Source of the DNA: Candidatus Micrarchaeaceae archaeon
Lineage (GTDB): Archaea > Micrarchaeota > Micrarchaeia > Micrarchaeales > Micrarchaeaceae
Reading direction: 5' to 3'
Length of the DNA: 38,314 bases
Assembly (NCBI GenBank): GCA_050013715.1
Contig: JBEKES010000004.1
Location: 1-38,314 of the forward strand
The notes beneath the pieces were generated by a model that worked only from the letters and a program-made list of their open reading frames with translations, was not told where the DNA came from and did no database searches. The stretch's first letter is position 1. Every line of letters begins with the position of its first letter. The position numbers were made by a program, and so were the translations under genes. Positions 9,514 to 18,900 of this stretch are shown here, in pieces.

Positions 9514-10878
9514 TTACTTCTTCTTTCCGTATAGTTTTTTTATTATTGATGCAACTTCCTTTACATTATAATCCTTGTTTTCCAGTATGTTCGGATATGC
9601 TCCTATAATTCCGTATTTTGTATGGTCGCCCCCTCTGTTTACATTCAATTCTTTTATCAATTCGGTATCAATTTCATTTGTCTTTATGCTGTAACCTCCT
9701 TTTGCCTCAAGAAGTATGTCCGGCACTATGAATTTGTTTGTATTTCCATAGTATTTTTTTCCGTCTAAAACATTTTCTATCATATCAATTTTTTTCAAGT
9801 CTTCCATAAGTTTTTCCTTAAATTTGAGATTCGCGTTGCTGCCCTCTGCAAACCGCGAATCATTTATCCAAATGGGAACTATTGCATCGGTGCTTGTTGC
9901 AGAAAACGCAACTGTGTTCTTCATGTCTAGATCTAATGGCTTGAATGAGGTATCTGCAATCCCACTGCTTATTACCTTTTTCTTTATTACTTTGGGCATT
10001 TTGTCGTATATTTTTCTTACCATTTCGTTATTTGTAATTGAAGTTGCTAAAACAACATTCTTGTTTTCATCTTTCAGTTTTGCATACCCGTTCTGTATGA
10101 GCCACGAGTTTATCAGGAATTTTTTGTGTACAGCCTGGCCTCCATGATCAGATACAAGCAAAAGTGTGCCATCCTCTCTCTCGATTCTTTCTAGTATATA
10201 CTTAAGCAGTTTATCAATTTCTGCAAAAATAGGTAATTGATAATCCATGTAATTATCTCTACTAAGTGTAAAATGCTGTATCCTATCTGTTTCCGTTATG
10301 CATATGAATACAAAATCATATTCATTCTCTGATAACATTTCACTGGCTATCTCTCTTCTTATTCTTATTTTGTCTACAAAAAGTTTTGCCGCTTCTTCTG
10401 GGCTAATCTTTCTGCTTTCTACATCTTTTTCAACTGCCGCCTCTTGGTAGAAATTGTATTTCTTCATAAGAAGTTTCAATTTTTGGTTATTTGTGTTATA
10501 GGGATATGGGAATCCGCTTATCATGTCAACATTGCTTTTCCTGCTTACTTCTACGTACGTTGCTGGGGTTATAACCAATGATTTGAGGTTCAGGCTCTCC
10601 CAGATTGGTGGATATGCAACGTTGTCATATTCAACCAGATCCAGCTTGTAATCTTTGTTAAGTATCAGAAAATCGTAGATGCCCAGCTCCGATTCGCTTA
10701 ATCCTGTGTATATTGCACCCCACGCTGCATTTGTTACTGGCATCATTGTTGTCAGAAGATCTTTTATCTTGCCTTTTTTCATTATCCTGTGTATGTTTTC
10801 AAATTCCTTTGTGTCTGGCAGTTTCTCCAGGATCCATAATGGCACGCTGTCCAGTCCAACTAAATATACTTTTTTCAA
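9514..10878 (-). CDS. Alkaline phosphatase superfamily protein, paralog of 525..1997
   Basis: VYLVGLDSVP, PVTNAAWGAIYTG, TETDRIQH, VSDHG, GGDHTKYG. GGTG RBS 6 nt before TTG 10878. Confidence 0.85.
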   Translation of the reverse strand: MKKVYLVGLDSVPLWILEKLPDTKEFENIHRIMKKGKIKDLLTTMMPVTNAAWGAIYTGLSESELGIYDFLILNKDYKLDLVEYDNVAYPPIWESLNLKSLVITPATYVEVSRKSNVDMISGFPYPYNTNNQKLKLLMKKYNFYQEAAVEKDVESRKISPEEAAKLFVDKIRIRREIASEMLSENEYDFVFICITETDRIQHFTLSRDNYMDYQLPIFAEIDKLLKYILERIEREDGTLLLVSDHGGQAVHKKFLINSWLIQNGYAKLKDENKNVVLATSITNNEMVRKIYDKMPKVIKKKVISSGIADTSFKPLDLDMKNTVAFSATSTDAIVPIWINDSRFAEGSNANLKFKEKLMEDLKKIDMIENVLDGKKYYGNTNKFIVPDILLEAKGGYSIKTNEIDTELIKELNVNRGGDHTKYGIIGAYPNILENKDYNVKEVASIIKKLYGKKK

Positions 10879-11009
10879 ATCAAGCACCGATGATAAATTT
10901 TCCTTATTTTTCTAATGCAAATCTAATCTAGACAAAGCTAATAAATAATCCTTCTAATTAATATTAATGTTTGTTTTTAAACTTCCTTAGTTTGAACTAG
11001 GCGATATTA

Positions 11010-11696
11010 ATGAATAACTTGAGCGTAACTGATTATGCATCAGCACATTTGAACAGGATCAAGAATAAGCTTACATTAAAACCTATTCCACTTAATGCAG
11101 AGTACAGGAATAACTATATTGCACTAAATTACAAAAGCAAGAAAGTCTCTTTTTATGTATCTGATAAAAAAGATTTAAATGATATAAAATATTTCCTTGC
11201 CGAGACTTTCGAAAAAGAGCAATACGGTAGATTAAACGTAAAGAATAGGATTGTAATAGACGTGGGCGCTGCTTTTGGGGACAGCGGCATATATTTTGCA
11301 CTGAATGGAGCAAAGCACGTATATGCCTATGAAGTTAGTAAGCAGGCAGCCAGAATTGCGAAACTTAATGTAAGGAAGAACAATCTGCAGAAAAGAATAA
11401 CCATCATAAACAAGCCATGTCCGCCTCTAAACTCCATAAACGAGAAGATAAAAGAGCGCATGGTAATCAAACTAGACTGCGAAGGGTGCGAATACCCTCT
11501 CATAGGAAACGCAAGCAGCAAAACATTTGATAATATAGAAGAGATAATAATGGAATACCATCAGGGATATCGTAACATAGTAAAAAAACTAAGAGAAAAC
11601 AACTTTAATTGCGACTACGATTCTCCTACTTACAACAACAACAGAAAAATAAACAAAAAAATATTTTTTGGATATCTCTATGCAAGCAAGAAATAA
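11010..11696 (+). CDS. FkbM-family methyltransferase
   Basis: VIDVGAAFGDSGIYFALNGAKHVYAYE, KLDCEGCEY, IMEYH. Confidence 0.85.
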   Translation: MNNLSVTDYASAHLNRIKNKLTLKPIPLNAEYRNNYIALNYKSKKVSFYVSDKKDLNDIKYFLAETFEKEQYGRLNVKNRIVIDVGAAFGDSGIYFALNGAKHVYAYEVSKQAARIAKLNVRKNNLQKRITIINKPCPPLNSINEKIKERMVIKLDCEGCEYPLIGNASSKTFDNIEEIIMEYHQGYRNIVKKLRENNFNCDYDSPTYNNNRKINKKIFFGYLYASKK

Positions 11697-11717
11697 GAAT
11701 ATTGCAAAGGTGTTTAA

Positions 11718-12422
11718 ATAAGGGAATATCACTGTCCGTATTCATTACTTGAAATAATAACTTCTCCGCTTGGAGGAGATAATTTTGATATTTCCATGGA
11801 TAAGCAAGTGGGAAAAAACCGCGCAATGTTCTACGAGGCAAGAAATGGGTTGTATCACATATTGAAGTATTTGAACAAGGAATTCAAATGCAAAAGAGTG
11901 TTCCTGCCCAAAAAAATATGCTATGTGGTAACGCTTGCCTCTAAAACTGCAGGCTATGAAATACTTTACTATACAAGGCAGCCTGCAAAAATGAGGAATA
12001 ATGATGTTATTGTAATGACCGATCCTGCAATCAAAGCTCCTGATTCTGTTTTCTCCATAAGCGACAACGCTAAAAATGCCATGAAACCGGAGAAAAGGCA
12101 TGATTTCACTCTTTACAGCTTCGGAAGTGATAAGCCTCTTTCAAGCCCTCGCGGCGGAATGGTTGTTGTCAACAAATCAAGATGCATTGGCTTTCTAAAT
12201 ATAAAAAGCAAGCTCAATAATCCAGATTTCTCCACAGAATTCAACGCATATTTGAATTACATATTCTACAAGTTCTGGACCTATGAAACATTTGTTAATT
12301 TTGCAAGAAAGATGAGGCATGCAACAGTAGGTGATAATATTCCTTCGGGAAAGATCGTGCATCTTGATTTCTCCATGTGCTCCATTTCAAGGAAGCTTGC
12401 GCAAAAACTGGTGATTAAATGA
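11718..12422 (+). CDS. Shortened DegT-like PLP-fold protein
   Basis: ARNGLYHIL, VFLPKKICYVV, SDNA and YSFGSDKPLSSPRGG align to the DegT large domain; the C-terminal domain is absent. Start probably ATA 11718 (first ATG is 11796). ATGA overlap with the next gene. Confidence 0.55.
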   Translation: MREYHCPYSLLEIITSPLGGDNFDISMDKQVGKNRAMFYEARNGLYHILKYLNKEFKCKRVFLPKKICYVVTLASKTAGYEILYYTRQPAKMRNNDVIVMTDPAIKAPDSVFSISDNAKNAMKPEKRHDFTLYSFGSDKPLSSPRGGMVVVNKSRCIGFLNIKSKLNNPDFSTEFNAYLNYIFYKFWTYETFVNFARKMRHATVGDNIPSGKIVHLDFSMCSISRKLAQKLVIK

Positions 12423-13159
12423 TAATAATGGAAAACAGGTTCAAGGGTTTCAAGATACGCTCCATTTCATTTGCAGAAATTCCTGAAGACCAGAAGGGAT
12501 GCGATAGATTAGTTTATTCGCTGTGCAAAAAGGAAGACTCGGAAATAAAGCCAAACGGGTTCGAAGCCTATGAGATATGGCATACATCCGTTGATCTTGA
12601 CAAGCCCTACAGCAATGACTACAAGCTTGACGGCTTCGGCTTTGATGGAACAACGCGGGCCAACATACATAGAGCAGTAACGGCAGGAATAACCTATAGA
12701 ATAAACGAGGACTGGGATAATTACATAACACTTCAAAACAAGTTCCTAAAGCTAAAAAAACTGTATCCCAAGCCCTACACAAAGGAATCATTGCAGCAGT
12801 ACAAGGGCTTTTTGATAACTACCTATCACGAGAATATAATGCTTGAAGGAGGTTATTTTGTCATTGAAGACGATATATTATGGACGCAGAGCATCTGCTC
12901 CTACAGGGTAATAGACCCGCAATACGGGAAGCTGTGCAGCCATGCCTCAAGATTCCTTTACTACAATGCAATGAAATACGGTAAAGAGCAACATTGCAGG
13001 AAGCTCTATTTTGGCATAGGAAAGGACATGGACAATCCTACCACTGTAGCGAAATTCAAGCTTGGGTTTGGAGGAACCCCATTCAAGAAGAACATATACG
13101 TAAAGGACTACAATCCGTTGCTTAAAGTGGCCGGCAAATTCGGCATAGGCAACTTCTGA
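12419..13159 (+). CDS. FemAB/FemX-like GNAT-fold (amino)acyltransferase, paralog of 2007..2732
   Basis: FDGTTRANIHRAVTAGI, AKFKLGFGG, YVKDYNPLLK; colinear with 2007..2732. Confidence 0.7.
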   Translation: MIIMENRFKGFKIRSISFAEIPEDQKGCDRLVYSLCKKEDSEIKPNGFEAYEIWHTSVDLDKPYSNDYKLDGFGFDGTTRANIHRAVTAGITYRINEDWDNYITLQNKFLKLKKLYPKPYTKESLQQYKGFLITTYHENIMLEGGYFVIEDDILWTQSICSYRVIDPQYGKLCSHASRFLYYNAMKYGKEQHCRKLYFGIGKDMDNPTTVAKFKLGFGGTPFKKNIYVKDYNPLLKVAGKFGIGNF

Positions 13160-15700
13160 TTATTTGTTGTAGTTTATCTTGTATATTCTTGTATCGCCGT
13201 TGCTGTATACATTAGTGAATGTGACGTTTCCATTTCTGTTGTAAGGGCATTCAAAGCTGTTGCACAGGAAGGTGAACTGGAACAAGTTGCTCGTGAAGAG
13301 CTTTGGACCCAGTATGTAAGCGCCATTTATCTCGCTGCCATCAAACGATACCATCAATGAGAAGTTTATCGAGTTTTCGCTGCTGCTGGAATTGACTATG
13401 TTGTATGCTGCATTGGATGAATTGAAGAACACAACGTTCTTCATAAGGACAAGCCTTGTGCCGTTAGCTGTTCCTAAATACGCTGCATACTTGGTTGTGC
13501 TGTTTGGTTGACCTGTAATTACCAATTCGCTCTTGTAATAGGGTGGAGTTGTCGAGCTGAATATAAAGAATCTTGAGGTCCCATTCGACGTTGAATTCAA
13601 CGAGTTAAGTATTATGTAGCCATAGGCAGATGCATTTTGCACCAATCCTTCCTGTGCAATGCCTCCTAATTCATCATACCAGAAGTTCCTGGTAATTAGA
13701 TACTCCGGCTTGTTTATGCTGTACAAGTATTGGGTATCGTAGCTTGTGTTGAAGAGCCACTGCGCAAAGGGCAATATCCTTGTGCTGTTCTCTCCTCCTA
13801 CGCTGTCCATGTAGCTGGTCCTGTTGGCCCATGCCTCAACCACAGAACCGTCTGGCCATAGTGCCAATACGGTCGCATTGGCATTGCTGTTGCTCTTGAG
13901 CCATGTCATTGCGGTAAGGAACTGTGGATTTATCCCATCTGCCTGCGCAGCTGTGAATGACTCGAAATAAGTATTATAGAAGCTGAACAGAAGAAGCACA
14001 AGCACCAAAGCCAGCGCGATATATCTGAACTTCAGTCTTTTTGTTATCAGTGCGTATGCACTGTATATTAGTGCAACGGCAAGCGCCGCGATTATGAGAA
14101 TTACTGCAGCAACAACCGCAATGAATTGCGATTGCATGTAACTCCAGATGTTCCATACCATTACAATTAATATTATGGCAACAATTGCAAGCACAATAAA
14201 AATCAATAGTCTGTTCCTTGATTGAAGATTATATATCAATTTAGCAAGCGCATAAACCGCGAAGGCTGCAAATATGGCAATGGGAACGGATACAAGCGCA
14301 TTGAATCTTATGGCCGCGCTCTGCAGATATGCCGTTATTGCCAGATACGAGAACAGCACTATAAATGCTATGATGCTTATGTTGAAATGCTCCTTCTTTA
14401 TCAATGAATCTTTATTGTATATTAGTATTGCGATAATCGCGAAAAGCGCAATGCCTATGGGTGCAAGGAACAATTGAAGATTGAAACTAGATACCAAAAA
14501 GCCCCAGCTTGGAGGCTGCAGCTCCTGGGTTGTCTGCTGTATCGCCTGCTTTGTAGAATTGGATTGATTTGCAGCTGCGGTTGCGCTGATTGGTGGTCCT
14601 GTTATCGGCGATGCTATGCTGTTTATGAAGTTGCCGAACAGTCCGTATACCAATATAAATGCCACAAATGCAACTGCAGCAAGTATGGCTATCCTGTAAA
14701 TGGACCTGCCTATGAGTGCGCTCTTTTCTCTCATGCTGTTTAGGAAATAGGTTGCGATGCTTGCGAGAAGTATCGGTATGTAAAGCACGAAGAAGCTTGC
14801 ATTGGACAATGGCAGATAGGCCCTTGCCCATCCCAGTGCAATGTATAATCGTTGAACTGCGAATGTAAGCACCAACGCAAGGGAAAGCACAAGACTGGAG
14901 TATAGGACTTCCTTATCAGCAAAGACAAAGCCATAGGCAATGGCAAGCGCCAGAGCCATCATATATACTATAATAACGAAAGGCGAACCGTTCCATATCA
15001 CTATGCCTGTGCCCAGTGCTATTACCGAGACAATCGCATATATGTACTTCTTCAGGCTGGCCCTCTTGGCCTTGAAGGAAAGGATCATGAATATGAGCGC
15101 AACCATTATGAAGAAGCTAACAAAGGTGTCTCCTCTGTATACGGTTCCTGCGGTTCTTGCTATGTTGCCGCTTGAAAGTGCAACCATGGCCATTGCTAGA
15201 AGCCCAAGACTTCTGCTGTTGGACAATTCTTTTGCAAGGAAATAGGCAAGTATTGTATATATGACGCCAAAGAGTATGGGCATCCATCTCATTATCGCTA
15301 ATGCCGATATGCCGAAGCCGTTGAGGAGATAGTAGAATATTACAGTTATATAGGGCAATCCCGGCGCCTCTCCTATGAAGTTATGGGAGGGGAAGCCCGA
15401 AATGCCCAGATAATTGACTATATGGTGTGAATTGATCTCAGCTCTTATTACACTATAATAGAAGAACCCGTCAGGTTCGAAGAGCCCCTGGAATTGGAGC
15501 AAGCCGGTTCTCAGCCAAATCGCAATAACTATTATCAATGCGGCAATGGCCAATACTACAAATCTGTTCTTTTCAACATAATCCAATGCATTGTCAAGCT
15601 TGGAGCCGAATTTGGAGCCTTTATGCTCTTCAACGTAGTGCTCTTCCCTGTCCTTTGAGCTTTCGTTGCCTGCAGAGCCATAATACTTATCTACTTTCAT
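13160..15700 (-). CDS. aglB: Oligosaccharyltransferase AglB/STT3-like
   Basis: Polytopic membrane region with FEPDGFFY and a TIxE-like TTQELQPP. Soluble C-terminal domain has AMTWLKSNS..VLALWPDGS..ANR (WWDYG-position variant). Divergent from the S-layer gene and adjacent to sugar genes. Confidence 0.85.
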   Translation of the reverse strand: MKVDKYYGSAGNESSKDREEHYVEEHKGSKFGSKLDNALDYVEKNRFVVLAIAALIIVIAIWLRTGLLQFQGLFEPDGFFYYSVIRAEINSHHIVNYLGISGFPSHNFIGEAPGLPYITVIFYYLLNGFGISALAIMRWMPILFGVIYTILAYFLAKELSNSRSLGLLAMAMVALSSGNIARTAGTVYRGDTFVSFFIMVALIFMILSFKAKRASLKKYIYAIVSVIALGTGIVIWNGSPFVIIVYMMALALAIAYGFVFADKEVLYSSLVLSLALVLTFAVQRLYIALGWARAYLPLSNASFFVLYIPILLASIATYFLNSMREKSALIGRSIYRIAILAAVAFVAFILVYGLFGNFINSIASPITGPPISATAAANQSNSTKQAIQQTTQELQPPSWGFLVSSFNLQLFLAPIGIALFAIIAILIYNKDSLIKKEHFNISIIAFIVLFSYLAITAYLQSAAIRFNALVSVPIAIFAAFAVYALAKLIYNLQSRNRLLIFIVLAIVAIILIVMVWNIWSYMQSQFIAVVAAVILIIAALAVALIYSAYALITKRLKFRYIALALVLVLLLFSFYNTYFESFTAAQADGINPQFLTAMTWLKSNSNANATVLALWPDGSVVEAWANRTSYMDSVGGENSTRILPFAQWLFNTSYDTQYLYSINKPEYLITRNFWYDELGGIAQEGLVQNASAYGYIILNSLNSTSNGTSRFFIFSSTTPPYYKSELVITGQPNSTTKYAAYLGTANGTRLVLMKNVVFFNSSNAAYNIVNSSSSENSINFSLMVSFDGSEINGAYILGPKLFTSNLFQFTFLCNSFECPYNRNGNVTFTNVYSNGDTRIYKINYNK

Positions 15701-15931
15701 CCCAATCAGCAAAGTCAATCAAAATTAAGAAATGAATCTTGCATAACATATTGTTTAAAGGTTTTTATTAATTACTGTGCAAATTAGTTTGAAGGGCTTT
15801 AAAACTCAAAAGCAAAGCATAGGCTCAAAAGCCAATTAATTATCGGGATGACACATCGAGGAAAGCGTTGATAAAAGATACCATGTATGACAATCAACGT
15901 ATTATAAAATCAAATATATAAAAAAACTATT

Positions 15932-15956
15932 ATACATAGCATATGTATTTAAATAC
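15932..15956 (+). promoter_or_regulatory. Putative S-layer gene TATA box with overlapping palindromes
   Basis: TTTAAATA at 15948-15955 lies inside the perfect palindrome GTATTTAAATAC (15945-15956). Inverted repeat ATACATA-gca-TATGTAT at 15932-15948. About 40 nt upstream of ATG 15997. Confidence 0.5.
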
Positions 15957-15996
15957 TTTTCATTAGACTATATTCTCAAACATTCAAAGTGAGAAC

Positions 15997-18900
15997 ATGA
16001 AAACTCTAAGTGCAAAGAGAATAGCAGCTGTAGTAACAGGAGCTGCTTTATTAGGTATCGGTCTTGCGTTCGCAGGCCCAATAACTTTCCAAAATGTCCC
16101 AATAATAAATAATGGTGGACAACCCGTAGTTCAGATTGTAATTGGTTCAACCGCCCAACCATGGGACGGAGTAACTGCAGGAAACATCGCTGCAGCAGTA
16201 GGAAACCTAGCATACACAAGCGTACCAGTAACTGCATCAGTTAATGCAGCCCAGGCGCAAAGCGTATTGCATGTTTCAGTTTCCTCACCAAAATACACAC
16301 TGTCCAATCAGCAGGTCTGGTTGAACGAAAGCGGATCAGTTGGCCAAGCGGCAGGTACTTATCTGTTCAGCGCATTAATAGGATCTGTTCTTAACGGAGC
16401 AGTTGTATTGAATTCGCCACAGAACACAAAGAACTTGCAGGGTACTGGACAATATGCATTCCCACATTCGACAAGCATTGCAATATCTCCACTTGCATCT
16501 CCATATACTGCAGCAGGTAATCCTCCAACAGGAACCTCAATAACTGCAGGAAGCAACGGAGGCGGAGTATCGTTCTCGAGCTTTACATTGAACAACAACG
16601 ACAACATAATGCAAATAACAAATTCACAATATAGTGGATTGTTAAGCTCACAGGGAGGAAATTCAGAAACATCCTATCTATGGTTAACTGGTTACCCAGT
16701 ATTTGACCAAGGAAACTCTGGATCATTGGTAAACCAATTCATGTGGATGGATGCAGCAGGTGCAGTCCAATACACATTCGGATCACCAATACAGAACTCC
16801 ATATCAAATGGACAAGTGCAGATAAATGCACCAATACAATTGCTAGGCAAGAACTGGACAATAATAACAGCAGTTGGTCCATCAAGCACTGTAACTTCCT
16901 CAACAACAGTAAATGGAGGTAAGATACAGCTTGCATCTTCATTGATACCATTGACTACAGTATATGTAGGTCATAACATTACATCAGGTCCATGGACTGT
17001 ACAGCTTACAGACTTGGGTCAACCAAACCAGAATGGAGTATCCCCAGCTTCTCTTTCAATACTATATAATAATGTATTGACAAACACAAGCTCGATAACC
17101 CCAGGTTCAGGAACAACCAAGTTCAACGTAACTGGACACACATTGTATGTTAGCGTAAACCAAACATTCGCAGGATTGTATGCCTACCAGAAATGGGCAA
17201 AGATCCAATTGTACACAAACGTATACAACATAAGCGATGGTAAGGTATTCAACCAAACAACAAACCCAGGCTACTATGTAAACTTGCTATGGACAAACAC
17301 AACATCATCTACAGCAGCAAAGGCAAAGGCATTACAGAGCATAATAATATACAACACAACTCCACAGAACCTTGCACCGGGACAGAGCTTTACTTTCATA
17401 CAAAACCCACAGGCAATAAAGGCAACATTTGTTGGTGATACACTTGGCACAAGCCAATTGGATTCAGTAACACTTCAAACCTCAAGTGCAGGAACAGTGC
17501 AATACCAAAGCCAGCCAGGTGGAGCAAGTGCAAACCCAAACAACATTCCAGGATTGGGAATAACAAACATAACAGAACCAGCCTCTGAGCTTACATTGAC
17601 AAGCCAAATACCAAATGCATTCAGCTACGTAGGTCAAACAGGAACAAGCGTTCTTTACGACTTGACTCCTTACAAGTTGACTGAAACAGGAAACAACATA
17701 CAGGCTGCAACAGCAAGTTCAGCAGCAACAGGATTGGCTGTGAGCAACACAGTAGTAAACCTTAACTTCGCATTAGGTTCAGGAGGAGCATCTTGGATTA
17801 GCGCAACAAACCCATTGACAGTATATGTCTACTATGCAACAGCTGCAGGTGGAAACATACAGTCCCAATCTGCTACATTTACCACAAACACGGCAACAAT
17901 GGTTCTTGGAACAAACGCATTCAACGTAACAGACATAAAGTTGAGCAGGGCATTGCCTCCAGCAAACACATTCTCAGTAACAGTTAACGCACCAAATGCA
18001 AATACACCAGCAAACACAGTATTGCTTGCAACATTACAAGCAACAGGTGTGCCAGGCGTTCTGTATTCATTGACAAACCAGAACTTTGATGCATTGTCCA
18101 CAACAGCAACAGGAAACACAATCTACAACCAGCAGAATGGTCAGCCAACAAACACATTGGTATTGACACAATCCACAACACCAGCAGGAACAGGATCAAC
18201 AGGTATAGGCCAGTACTTCACCTTCACAATGGGTGAACAGCCAGTACCAAGCAACACAGTAGCAGTTGATGGATTCACTGTAGGTATAGACAACTCGAGC
18301 GCAGGTGTAGTAGCAAGCCCAATATTCCAGTTGAACTACTCTGTAGCAGCGGACAACTTCCATTCAGGAACAAAGAACAACGCAACGTACATAACAAACA
18401 CACAAGGAACAGCATCGACATACACAGTGCAGCAAGGTTTCAGAACAGAAAAGGGAAGCAAGTTAGTGTCAATAACACCAAGCTTGGTAACCTTTAACTT
18501 TGCAAAGGCACAGGATTGGCTGCAATTTGTAATAAGCCCAGCAAATTCCAACACATCAGTAACCAAGAGCTACAAGTCCTATGGTCCATATAGCGTAGGC
18601 CAAGCGACAAACATAGCAAACGTAACTATCGGAAAGGTTAGCGCGAACATATCACTTTCAAGCACAAACTATTCCATAACAGGAATAAACAACATTACAG
18701 CAACACCAAGCGTTACAAGCGCAAGCACACCAGTATTGCTAAGCAATCTTACTACAACACCATTAGTTGTATTGGATTCACAGGCAAACCCTGGAAGCAA
18801 CTTGATCTTGATAGGAAGCGGCTATGTAAACTCTCTGTCAAAGCAGTTACAGAACTCGTATAACATAACTGTATCACCAGGATCACAGCCAATTGTACAA

